From a virus (taxonomy: Duplodnaviria; Caudoviricetes), in IMG/VR virus record IMGVR_UViG_3300035670_000282, positions 1 to 53,220 of that record: DNA of 53,220 bases; one strand, written 5' to 3'. Shown piece by piece: positions 36,867-46,333 of this stretch. Positions within the stretch are counted from its first letter, which is position 1; each line of letters opens with the position of its first letter. Made by a program: the position numbers and the translations under genes. A model generated the notes under the pieces. It was not told where the DNA came from. It saw only the letters and a program-made list of their open reading frames with translations, and searched no databases.

Positions 36867-37243
36867 AACGAGGAAAGAGACCTTTAAATCCAAGATATAA
36901 CAAAGGTGATGAAGTAGCAGGAATTACAATAGTAGAATACTTTGGTAGACACATGACATGTGAAAAGATGCAACACATGTATCTTGTTAAATGTGCTTGT
37001 GAAGAATTATTTACTACTCACCAAAAGAAACTAGTAATTAAGTGGGGAAACCAAGAAGAATTATCTTGTAAAAAATGTACTAATAAGAAAAGAGGACAAG
37101 GAAGTAATAACTGGACTGAACATGAACTTCATCTATTAAAAACTAGATATAGTAAGTTTTCTGTTAAGGAATTAACACAATTCTTAGATAGAAGTGAAAG
37201 TGCAATACTACACATGATACAAAGGTTGAAACTAACAAAATGA
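36863..37243 (+). CDS. Zn-binding plus Myb-like HTH protein
   Basis: KCAC..CKKC followed by NWTEHELHLLK...LDRSESAI. Confidence 0.6.
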   Translation: MKRGKRPLNPRYNKGDEVAGITIVEYFGRHMTCEKMQHMYLVKCACEELFTTHQKKLVIKWGNQEELSCKKCTNKKRGQGSNNWTEHELHLLKTRYSKFSVKELTQFLDRSESAILHMIQRLKLTK

Positions 37244-37749
37244 AAGAATTAATTTTAATTGCTTGGTTCTATTGGTATCCACCTCCTCCTATAGATTATA
37301 ACTTACCTCCTATTCATAATGATCCATTTCAATTCTATTATCCAATGTATATAGGCCCTATGTTACCCAAGGATAGAGAACTAGCATGTTAAAGACTAAA
37401 CCAATAAGATCTACTTGGAGATTTAAATTCGATTTAGGTAATAAATTTAATAGACGTAATCGCCAATATAGAAAATGGGCAAGTGATTTTGTTGTTTATC
37501 TAATGCTAAAAGAAGCTGGAAGTAGAGCTAGAGTTAGATGGGCAAAAACAAAATACAATAGGTATTTTATGAGTAAGATAAAACTAAAACATCATTGGAC
37601 AGATAAACATATTACTTCTGAATACAATGAAGAAACCAAACAGATTATTTATACTGGTTGGGATGAAACTGGAGCAGATTCTGTATTCAGTTCTACAAAT
37701 AGAAAAGAAGTAGTACAGGCATTAGTAGATTATTCAGATAAGCTTAATT

Positions 37750-38043
37750 ATGGAAACACCTCCTCAGTTTAATAAAGGTTATACCTTTGATCATTCCACT
37801 GTAAAAAAGATACTAGGTAGATTTCCTAGAAATCCAGGATCAGATAGATTAACTTGGTTCTATGAATTAAAGTGTCATTGCGGTAATATTTATAAACAAC
37901 ATCAAGATAACATCAAGAGACAGTTAAAAGATAGAAGACCTATTAAATGTAAGTCTTGTGTAGCTCCTATAGCTAAAAAGACAAATACTAATATTTATAT
38001 TAATTGGGGATATGATCCTAGTCTTCCTATGAGTAAATGGTAA
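37750..38043 (+). CDS. Cys-containing hypothetical protein
   Basis: KCHCGN...CKSC, like the N-terminal domains of HNH endonucleases. Confidence 0.55.
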   Translation: METPPQFNKGYTFDHSTVKKILGRFPRNPGSDRLTWFYELKCHCGNIYKQHQDNIKRQLKDRRPIKCKSCVAPIAKKTNTNIYINWGYDPSLPMSKW

Positions 38044-38240
38044 TGAGATTTAAACCAACTGAAAATTACCCTGCATGGGTTTGTTATAATTGTGGACATA
38101 ATGCTCAACCTGATCCACATAAAATTGCTAGTCTATCTACATGGCACATGAATACATGTGATGTATGTGGAAAGTTTGAGTCAGTAACTCAACCAAGAGA
38201 TTTTGGTTATCCTGATTTTAAGGTTAAAAAGAAGAAGTAA
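38037..38240 (+). CDS. Zn-finger mini-protein
   Basis: WVCYNCG..STWH..CDVCG..VTQPRDFG. Confidence 0.65.
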   Translation: MVMRFKPTENYPAWVCYNCGHNAQPDPHKIASLSTWHMNTCDVCGKFESVTQPRDFGYPDFKVKKKK

Positions 38241-38347
38241 CATGTTTAAGCCTGAGTTTGAAAAGTTTAAAAAGAAACCAAAGCAATTTGGTTTAGATAA
38301 ACCTGGAAAGAAAACCAACAAGCCTAAACGTAAAAAGGATAAATACA

Positions 38348-38626
38348 ATGACTAGTTCTAGTGAATTTACTAGCTATGAAGAATTTGAACTGACTGTAAC
38401 CTATAGAGCTGTACCAGCTTCAGGTGATGGTTGGCATGAACCAAGAGAAGAAGCATACATTGATATAGAAGATGTATGTATTGGTAAAGTGAGTATTCTA
38501 TCTGAATTATCTAAAGAACAGTTAGATCGTATTACTCTTCAGATTGAAGAAGATCTCAGTGCTGCTTATGAGGATTACTTAGAACAAAAAGCAGAAATGG
38601 AATGGGAACGTAGATATGGATACTAA
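38348..38626 (+). CDS. Acidic hypothetical protein
   Basis: AAGGA RBS; very acidic composition. Confidence 0.6.
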   Translation: MTSSSEFTSYEEFELTVTYRAVPASGDGWHEPREEAYIDIEDVCIGKVSILSELSKEQLDRITLQIEEDLSAAYEDYLEQKAEMEWERRYGY

Positions 38627-38870
38627 TTTCATTAATCTATATGCTTTCTTAATTAAGAAGTATCTAGAAGCTGATCCTCAAGCTAGAGAACTATTGGTTA
38701 AGGAAATAGAATGGGTAAGGCAAACACTAAAGCGACAAGTCTCAAAACCAGGGTATCTCTAAAATTTGAATATCTGGTTAGAGAGTTTAATAACGCTCAA
38801 TCTATTAATGATATTAAGAGAGTAGAAAAAAGACTATTAGATCTTTATCTATTAATTAAGGACTACAGAG

Positions 38871-39194
38871 ATGTCAATTTCAATTCAACAACTAGGCTCT
38901 AAATTTCTTATTACTAAACCCAATGTAAAAAAGTTTGAAAATACTTTTAATGAATCTATAAATTCTTTTCTTTTTACCCATGATTGGAATACAACTATGG
39001 AAGAAAAGAATATTACCAATATCTATATGGCTGGAGATTATCTAGACGTAATAGGCTTAAGAAAGATAGCTCCTTATGTTAAATCTGGTTCTTACTTAGA
39101 ATTTCAGAATGAATATGGTGAACGATTCAGGTATGTATTCAAGAATAAAGAAGTATATTATATTACTGCTACTATTAAATGGCCCAAGGTATGA
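38871..39194 (+). CDS. Hypothetical protein
   Basis: IAPYVKSGSYLEF..E.GE.FRY.F motif. Confidence 0.65.
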   Translation: MSISIQQLGSKFLITKPNVKKFENTFNESINSFLFTHDWNTTMEEKNITNIYMAGDYLDVIGLRKIAPYVKSGSYLEFQNEYGERFRYVFKNKEVYYITATIKWPKV

Positions 39195-39371
39195 TTAAAC
39201 AACCAAAAGATTATTGGGAATCTGAACGAGTAGATACAATCTCTAAGCTTGATGATATTAAAGCTATTAAAGAAGAGTTAAGAAACCATAAAAAGATGGT
39301 ATTAACTAGAAATATAGCTATAGCTATATTGGTTCTACATTTACTAGTTATTTATTCCATCTATATGTAAT

Positions 39372-39540
39372 TGCGTGGCACTACCCCAGCAGGCGGTGGG
39401 TAAGCATAGGAAAACACCTGCAATCATTAATAAGTGTCTCCTCCGAGTCCTTTCGCAAGCTTAGGTAATGATCGTTGAAATGTACGAGAACCATTAGTCC
39501 TAGTAATTTATATATTAATACCTCGTATAAATTACTAGGC
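39372..39540 (+). ncRNA. Putative structured intergenic RNA
   Basis: GC-rich pseudoknot-capable segment plus a 14-bp perfect hairpin (39499-39539) in a ~200-nt gap. Confidence 0.4.
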
Positions 39541-39747
39541 ATTCTCTAACTAATTCCCCAAAGATTAATATGAAAGCTAAAAATTGTGATGAATGTCATC
39601 ATGCCATCTATAGAGGTGGTGACAATATGGAATGTAATAAGGGACATTACCCAAGATATTACAGACCTACTCTAATTATATCTGATGACTTTGGATGGAA
39701 AAGAGTATGTGATGATTTCAAACCCATACCTGTATATGGAGAAACCA

Positions 39748-40641
39748 ATGAACATATCAGGGATTAGAGAAGATAGTAGATTATTACAACATTGGTATAA
39801 AACTAAATTTACTTCATTAAAACATATTAATAATATAGTTCAACAACCACTTTTAGTAATTCCTACAAATCTTCCTTTACCATCTGAATTTCCTACTAGT
39901 GCATTTAAATATTATTTAGATACTTTACCTAAAGAATTTAATGCAATTTATGATAACCATATTTATATTCAATATAAAAAATTCAATAGTGGCCAAGTTG
40001 TAGTTGTATTCACATTACAGCATTATAATTATATCGTTACATTAATTAACTCTGATTATTATAATTCTAAGTCATTAATAATTTTATTATTTGAGTTATC
40101 AACACAGACAAATATAAAATCAACGGTAGTAATAGAAAGTTTTTTAAATGAATATCATTATTATACTGATAAAGAAACAGGTAAAAATGAATTAGTTTCA
40201 AATCAAACAGGATTATCTGAAACTTTAAATACAGTATTAGGTTTATGTGCTGTAATGGCAAAAATGGCTATGGAAGCAGATGAGTATCCAGTCATTGTTC
40301 AAAGAGAAAAGAGAGATACTCAAAATATAACTTCTAAAAAATCTTGGAAGAGGAAAGATCTACCTAGATTAATCTTTATGAATGCTCCTAAAACTAAAGT
40401 TGTTTATACAAATGATATAAAGAACTCTTTAGGAGGTACTCATGCTTCTCCAATCTTACATCGTAGAAAAGGTCATCATAGAACCTTACGTCATCCTAAA
40501 TATAAAAATCATCCTAAATACATGGTTGAAGATGGTATTTATATTAGAGCTACATGGGTAGGAGATACAGAGTATTCCCATGAAGGTAATAGATACACTG
40601 TAATTATTAATGATCCAAATAAAGGTTTTGATAATGGTTGA
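39748..40641 (+). CDS. Hypothetical protein with C-terminal SPxxHxRxGHxR motif
   Basis: ATG 39748 with GGAG RBS; GGTHASPILHRRKGHHR..ATWVG. Confidence 0.7.
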   Translation: MNISGIREDSRLLQHWYKTKFTSLKHINNIVQQPLLVIPTNLPLPSEFPTSAFKYYLDTLPKEFNAIYDNHIYIQYKKFNSGQVVVVFTLQHYNYIVTLINSDYYNSKSLIILLFELSTQTNIKSTVVIESFLNEYHYYTDKETGKNELVSNQTGLSETLNTVLGLCAVMAKMAMEADEYPVIVQREKRDTQNITSKKSWKRKDLPRLIFMNAPKTKVVYTNDIKNSLGGTHASPILHRRKGHHRTLRHPKYKNHPKYMVEDGIYIRATWVGDTEYSHEGNRYTVIINDPNKGFDNG

Positions 40642-40942
40642 AAGAGTTATTAAATCACCAATTATTTCCATCCTAGATGGTAAATATGAAGTTACTTCAG
40701 ATAAGTACCAATGGATACTTAGATCTTACTATATGGGTGTAGATAAAGATAAGAATCCAAAGCTACAGTACAAAGAAACCTATTGGGCACATCTAGCACA
40801 TATTATGCGTCATATCTTAGATACTGAAGCTAAAGAACTAGAAGATTTAAACCAAGTAATAGATTTCTTTAAGACAGCTTCAGAAACTATTACCTATAAA
40901 TTAGCAGAAGATCTAACACCACATGGCTACAGAATTATCTAA
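40634..40942 (+). CDS. Hypothetical protein
   Basis: VTSDKYQWIL motif; start at ATG 40634. Confidence 0.6.
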   Translation: MVERVIKSPIISILDGKYEVTSDKYQWILRSYYMGVDKDKNPKLQYKETYWAHLAHIMRHILDTEAKELEDLNQVIDFFKTASETITYKLAEDLTPHGYRII

Positions 40943-41345
40943 ATGGGACTATAGATTTCTACAATTAGTACAGCTAATTTCTACTTGGTCTAAAGATCCA
41001 AATACTAAAGTAGGAGCAGCTATTGTAGATCAATATAATAGGATTATTAGTACTGGTTACAATGGATTTCCAAGACATTTACCAGATGTATATAAAGATA
41101 GAGAACATAAGTTAGCTTATACAATTCATGCTGAAAACAATGCTATTTTATTTGCTAAGACAGACCTTACTAACACTACTTTATATTGTACCCATCCTTG
41201 CTGTACTCACTGTAGTTCTCTAATAATCCAAACAGGTATATCTAGAGTAGTTATTCCTACAGCTACTCCTGAGTTTATAGAACGATGGGGATTAGATGGG
41301 ATTAACTCATTACTTAATACAGGAATAAAAGTAGACGTATTATGA
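40923..41345 (+). CDS. dCMP deaminase
   Basis: WSKDPNTKVGA, TGYNGFP, IHAE, PCCTHC. Confidence 0.9.
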   Translation: MATELSKWDYRFLQLVQLISTWSKDPNTKVGAAIVDQYNRIISTGYNGFPRHLPDVYKDREHKLAYTIHAENNAILFAKTDLTNTTLYCTHPCCTHCSSLIIQTGISRVVIPTATPEFIERWGLDGINSLLNTGIKVDVL

Positions 41346-41557
41346 GTGCATTAAAACATCAAGAAGGTGGTACACATTATCAATTAGCTATACAGCCTAT
41401 TGAGTACATACATAGAAATAATCTTGGTTTCATTGAAGGCAATATTATTAAATATGCTACAAGGCATAGAAGTAAAAATAAAGAAGAAGATGTAAAAAAG
41501 ATTATTCACTATGCACAATTACTACTGGAATTAGAGTATGGGATACCACATCAATGA
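41342..41557 (+). CDS. DUF3310-like protein
   Basis: QEGGTHY..IQPIEY..GFIEGNIIKYATR..KN..ED.KK..HY. Confidence 0.85.
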   Translation: MSALKHQEGGTHYQLAIQPIEYIHRNNLGFIEGNIIKYATRHRSKNKEEDVKKIIHYAQLLLELEYGIPHQ

Positions 41558-41706
41558 AAGTTAGTATTGTTAAAACAGGTAAGTTAATCTTTGAAGAAGT
41601 AACTAAGGTAGAACAGAATCCAGATGAAACAGTTACTGTTCATTTTGAATCTGGAGAGAAAATTACTATTACTCAAGAAGAAGCAAAGTCACTAGGTTTA
41701 CTATGA
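41554..41706 (+). CDS. 50-aa hypothetical protein (absent from ORF track)
   Basis: MKVSIVKTGK...; ATGA overlaps at both ends. Confidence 0.6.
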   Translation: MKVSIVKTGKLIFEEVTKVEQNPDETVTVHFESGEKITITQEEAKSLGLL

Positions 41707-43151
41707 ATATATTTACACTTGGTTCTAATCCTAAAATAGCTTTACTTATTAAAGATACTCTATTACATAAACCAGATTTAATTAAGTACTATCAAGAACC
41801 AATTGGAATTGATCTATTAGTTATACCCTTAGCTAATTATTCCTCAGCTAAGTTAAGAGAAGAATATCTACAAGAAATTCTTCCTTATATAGATGAAGCC
41901 AATATTGAATTTATATTGGTTCCAGATACTAATTACTTTAAGAAGTTAACCAAAGTAAATAAGAGTGATCCTTATATTGGTTATATCTTAGAAGGTAAAA
42001 TCAAAGGATATGAAACCAAGAAGATAGCTTACTCATTAAGCTATGGTTCCCTTATTCATAAACCAGATAATGTTGATAAGATAAATACAGCTAACAAAGC
42101 TGTTAAGGATTACTTCAATAATACCTACCAAGAGATAGGTAAGAACATAATTCACTTTGAAGCTTATCCTTCTACCTTTCAAGAGATACAGGAATGGCTC
42201 TATAAGCTCCTGAGAAAGCCTACACTGGCTTGTGACATAGAGACCTATGGGTTAGCCTTAGTTGAGGCTGATCTAGCCTCTATTGCCTTCTCCTGGAGTC
42301 AGCATGAGGGTATAGCATTCCCTGTAAATGATTTCATTAAGCCAATGCTTAAAGAGTTCTTTGAGATCTATAAAGGTACTCTAGTATTCCATAATGCATC
42401 CTTTGATATTAGGAATATTATCTATAGGTGCTTTATGAAAGATCCACTAGATACTAAGGGATTGCTACATGGTTTAGATGTAATGTATAGAGATATGCAT
42501 GACACTAAGCTAATAGCCTATTTAGCTACTAATAGTACATCTGGTAATGAGCTTGGTTTAAAGAAACTAGCTTATGACTTTGCAGGTAATTATGCAGTAG
42601 ATGTAACTGATGTAAGAAAGATACCTATTAAGGATTTACTCAGATATAACCTTACAGACTGTTTATCTACTATGTATGTAGCTAATAAATATTCTCATAT
42701 CTTAGTAGCAGATAATCAGAAGACTATTTATAAAGAGCTTTATCTACCAAGTCTTAAGGTAATTACTCACATGGAATTAGTAGGTATGCCTATGGACTTA
42801 AACCAAGTAGAACAAGCAGAAGCTTCATTAACAGAAACAGTAAACAAATACAGAGAACAACTTAGTAATTGTCCTCTAATTAAAGAGTTTACTTGGAAGT
42901 TAAATAAACAATTATTCATAGAAACCAATAAGAAGTACAAGAAGAAGTTTAAACCTTTAGAAGAGTTTAATACTCAGTTTAATCCTGATTCATCAGTACA
43001 ACTACAAAAGCTTCTATATTCTGAAATGGGTTTTGAGATAGTTGATGTAACAGATAAAGGTAGTCCTGCTACAGGTAAAGATACCTTAGAGAAGATGCTT
43101 AATAAGCTAATGAAAGAATATGACATTACCGAGGAAGAATTAAATGAGTGA
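41703..43151 (+). CDS. Family A DNA polymerase (N4 gp39-like), N-terminal part: 3'-5' exonuclease and half of the thumb
   Basis: DIET (ExoI), HNASFD (ExoII), YNLTD (ExoIII), MELVGMP, FNPDS..QL. Confidence 0.9.
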   Translation: MNIFTLGSNPKIALLIKDTLLHKPDLIKYYQEPIGIDLLVIPLANYSSAKLREEYLQEILPYIDEANIEFILVPDTNYFKKLTKVNKSDPYIGYILEGKIKGYETKKIAYSLSYGSLIHKPDNVDKINTANKAVKDYFNNTYQEIGKNIIHFEAYPSTFQEIQEWLYKLLRKPTLACDIETYGLALVEADLASIAFSWSQHEGIAFPVNDFIKPMLKEFFEIYKGTLVFHNASFDIRNIIYRCFMKDPLDTKGLLHGLDVMYRDMHDTKLIAYLATNSTSGNELGLKKLAYDFAGNYAVDVTDVRKIPIKDLLRYNLTDCLSTMYVANKYSHILVADNQKTIYKELYLPSLKVITHMELVGMPMDLNQVEQAEASLTETVNKYREQLSNCPLIKEFTWKLNKQLFIETNKKYKKKFKPLEEFNTQFNPDSSVQLQKLLYSEMGFEIVDVTDKGSPATGKDTLEKMLNKLMKEYDITEEELNE

Positions 43152-43353
43152 GTATCCAACATGTCCTTATTGTGATTCTAAAAAGGTTTTAAGAGATTCT
43201 TACTCTTATTGGGATACTAATACTCAATATTGGAAAGTACATTCTGTTTATGACAACTTTATTTGTGAAGAATGTGGTGAAGAAGATATAGATCCAATTT
43301 GGATAACTCTAAATGAACAAACACCTAGCAATTCAGAAGGCCAAAGTACTTAA
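43144..43353 (+). CDS. Zn-ribbon mini-protein inserted between the polymerase halves
   Basis: CPYC...WD..Q.W...CEEC; GAGGA RBS. Confidence 0.7.
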   Translation: MSEYPTCPYCDSKKVLRDSYSYWDTNTQYWKVHSVYDNFICEECGEEDIDPIWITLNEQTPSNSEGQST

Positions 43354-44425
43354 AGCATTAATTGAATTATCTAAAGCTTCTAAAATACTTACTACATTTA
43401 TCCCTGCATTTAAAAAAGCAATTCTAAAGAAAGATGGTACTGCTTACCTTCATGGTTCATTTAATATTGGAGGTACTGTATCAGGTCGTATGAGCAGTTC
43501 TCAGCCTAATATTCAGCAGTTGCCTAGTACAGGTAGTATTTACTCTAAACCAATAAAGAAATGTTTCTCTGCTCCTAAAGGTTATTTAATGGTAGGAGCA
43601 GACTTTACTTCTCTTGAAGATAAGATAGATGCCTTATTAACTAAAGATACAAATAAGTTGAAAGTTTATTTAGATGGTTTTGATGGGCATTGCTTACGAG
43701 CAGCATATTACTTTAGAGATCAACTCTCACATATTGATTTAAATTCTCCTGAATCTGTTAATACTATTAGTGAGACTCATAAGAAATTAAGACAGGCTAG
43801 TAAGGCTCCTTCATTTGCACTTACTTATGCAGGAACTTTTCATACTCTAATACATAATTGTGGATTCTCTGAAGAAGAAGCCAAGTCAATTGAAGCTAGA
43901 TACCATGAACTCTATAAAGAGTCAGACATTTATAAACAAAAACGATTGGAACAAGCTGCTAAAGACGGGTATGCTGAGGTTGCATTTGGATTAAGAGTAA
44001 GAACTCCATTACTCAAGCAAGTACTATGGGGAAGTAAGAATGTACCCTATGAAGCTCAAGCAGAAGCTAGAACAGTTGGCAATGCAATGGGACAATCTTA
44101 TTGCCAATTAACTAATAGAGCAGCTAATGAGTTTATGGATAGAGTATCTAAATCTGCTTACAGAAAAGATATTCATCCTATAGCTCAAATACATGACGCA
44201 ATATATCTATTAATCAAAGATGATCCAAAGATACTCAGATGGGTAAACCAGCATTTAATTGAATGTATGGAATGGCAGCGTTTACCTGAAATTCAACATA
44301 ATGAAGTAAAGCTAGGTGCTGAATTATGTGTTTATTACCCAACATGGGCTGATGAAACACCAGTACCTAATAGAGCTTCTTGGTCTTACATACTGGAGAT
44401 TTGGAATGAAATACACACCAGATAA
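43313..44425 (+). CDS. Family A DNA polymerase, C-terminal part (palm and fingers)
   Basis: GTVSGRMSS.PNIQQLP, motif A GADFTSLE, motif B RQASKAPSFALTY, motif C QIHDA. Confidence 0.92.
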   Translation: MNKHLAIQKAKVLKALIELSKASKILTTFIPAFKKAILKKDGTAYLHGSFNIGGTVSGRMSSSQPNIQQLPSTGSIYSKPIKKCFSAPKGYLMVGADFTSLEDKIDALLTKDTNKLKVYLDGFDGHCLRAAYYFRDQLSHIDLNSPESVNTISETHKKLRQASKAPSFALTYAGTFHTLIHNCGFSEEEAKSIEARYHELYKESDIYKQKRLEQAAKDGYAEVAFGLRVRTPLLKQVLWGSKNVPYEAQAEARTVGNAMGQSYCQLTNRAANEFMDRVSKSAYRKDIHPIAQIHDAIYLLIKDDPKILRWVNQHLIECMEWQRLPEIQHNEVKLGAELCVYYPTWADETPVPNRASWSYILEIWNEIHTR

Positions 44426-44559
44426 TTGTGAAATATTGGCAGATAAAGTAGTAGCAGATATGGATTTGGATACCCTGATGACTATTGCTTTTGATTATGT
44501 TTATGCAGCGTATATGGATGAACCAGATATTTTCTATCTAGATTTAGAGAATTACATAG

Positions 44560-44883
44560 ATGACCCAGATATACAAAAAGCTGAGTAATGGAAGATATGA
44601 ACCAGTAGGATATGAATTTACTGGTTTCCCTGCTAATGGGTATTGGGTAGTAACTGATGGTAGAAATAATCTAATTGCTCCTCTAGAACACCCAAGACCT
44701 ATTAATTATTTAAGATTTGCTCAATATCAAGAAGATCTTGTAAAAAGTCTTCCTATTAATAGACCAAATTCACTTGTAGGTTTAATAGAACACATTCTAC
44801 TTAAGCTAGAAGAATTAAATTATGAACATATTCAAAATGAACAAAAGCTAATGAGCTTACTAACAGGAAATAACAATGCTTAA
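44560..44883 (+). CDS. Hypothetical protein
   Basis: YKK..GRYEPVG.EFTGFPANG.W.V motif. Confidence 0.6.
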   Translation: MTQIYKKLSNGRYEPVGYEFTGFPANGYWVVTDGRNNLIAPLEHPRPINYLRFAQYQEDLVKSLPINRPNSLVGLIEHILLKLEELNYEHIQNEQKLMSLLTGNNNA

Positions 44884-45844
44884 GAACTCAGACTCTAATC
44901 TACCTTTATCATTAACTGTATGGTTAGCACATGATAATTATGGATATACTAATAATCCAAAAGTGATTAGTGCTACTACTCTACTTAAACCAATTAAATC
45001 ATTGGTTCTCTCTCAGTTACCTGAAGCTCAAAGAGAAACAGATATAGCTTCTTTAATTCCATCTAGAATGGGTACAGCTATACATGAAGCTATTGAAGTA
45101 GCTTGGCTAGATAGACCATTGGAAGCTCTTACAGCTCTTGGTTATCCTCCTAACATGATTGCTAAGATAGTAATAAATCCTACTGTAGTAAAACCTGGAC
45201 AGATTCCTATTTACCTTGAACAAAGAGTAAATAAGAAGTTTGAGGATTATATCATTACAGGTCAGTTTGACTTTGTAGAGAATGGTGTATTAGAAGACTT
45301 TAAAACTACTAGTACATATAATTGGATTAGCCAATCCAATGCTGAAAAGTATGTACTACAAGGAAGTATTTATAGATGGTTAAATCCAGATATTATTACT
45401 GAAGACTACATGTATATCAGATACATCTTTACTGATTGGTCTTCTACTAAAGCTAAACAGGATAGTTCTTATCCTCAATCTAGAATCATATCTAATAAAT
45501 ATACTCTTAAATCTTTAGGAGAAATAGAACAGTTTATTAGATCTAGATTGAATCAATTAAAGCAATACATAGGTAAACCTCAAGAGGAATTACCTCCATG
45601 TACTCCTGAAGAGTTATGGCAGAAACCTTCTATATATAAATACTACAAGAATCCTCAAAAGAAAACTCGTAGTACAGCTAACTTTGATACCTACTATGAA
45701 GCTCACCAGAAATGGTTAGATGATCAATGTGTAGGAGAAATAGTAACTGTACCTGGAGAAGTTGTTTTTTGTAAATATTGCAATGCCTCTGGTATCTGTA
45801 ATCAAGCAAGAGCATATATGTTAGAAGGAAAGTTAGCACTATGA
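44876..45844 (+). CDS. PD-(D/E)xK nuclease (N4 gp42-like, Cas4/RecB-like)
   Basis: SATTLLKP, GTAIHE, GQFD..EDFKTT, Q..IY, C-terminal CKYC....CNQ. Confidence 0.82.
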   Translation: MLKNSDSNLPLSLTVWLAHDNYGYTNNPKVISATTLLKPIKSLVLSQLPEAQRETDIASLIPSRMGTAIHEAIEVAWLDRPLEALTALGYPPNMIAKIVINPTVVKPGQIPIYLEQRVNKKFEDYIITGQFDFVENGVLEDFKTTSTYNWISQSNAEKYVLQGSIYRWLNPDIITEDYMYIRYIFTDWSSTKAKQDSSYPQSRIISNKYTLKSLGEIEQFIRSRLNQLKQYIGKPQEELPPCTPEELWQKPSIYKYYKNPQKKTRSTANFDTYYEAHQKWLDDQCVGEIVTVPGEVVFCKYCNASGICNQARAYMLEGKLAL

Positions 45845-46128
45845 TTCAAAAATTAGCTTTAACCATATTGGTTCCTAAATTAATTAACGAAATATATGAC
45901 TTTGTTAAATCCAAGTTAGTAGAAACAAAACCAACTAGAGATACTACCAAGATTACTCCTCAAATGAAAAGAGATATTAATCTCTGGTATAGCTGTTGGA
46001 AAGCTAATAAACCTGGATTTGAATTTAACAATAGAGATGAGTTTACTAAGTATGTTAATAGTAAGCTGGGTACTAATAAATCTGTAACAACTATATTTAG
46101 GTATATAAATAATGTTAGATCTGAGTAA
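45841..46128 (+). CDS. Hypothetical protein
   Basis: RDTTKIT..N.KLGTNKS; ATGA overlap. Confidence 0.6.
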   Translation: MIQKLALTILVPKLINEIYDFVKSKLVETKPTRDTTKITPQMKRDINLWYSCWKANKPGFEFNNRDEFTKYVNSKLGTNKSVTTIFRYINNVRSE

Positions 46129-46333
46129 AGCAGAATACTTTGAACCAGCAGAGAAACTAGTTAAGGTTCTTATTAATAAGACCCAAAACAATAATCCTCT
46201 GTTTTTTAGAACTCTAGTTGATTTCTACTTTTCACAAGTAGCTTCAATGATGCGATGTAGTATTGACACACATGACAGGGGTAATATTCCAGTCAATATT
46301 TACGCTATTAATTTAAGTCAAAGTGGTACGGGT
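46112..46333 (+). CDS. N4 gp43-like DNA primase/P-loop protein, exon 1
   Basis: THDRGNIPVNIYAINLSQSGTG ends within Walker A. Confidence 0.85.

Noticed and set aside
43141-43316. Intron, intein or T4 gene 60-style ribosomal bypass joining the polymerase halves
   Set aside because: No P/Q/R/S elements or intein termini; the matched AAT-GAR codons land in the insert's frame rather than the catalytic half's frame, and no take-off hairpin is evident (not fully excluded)
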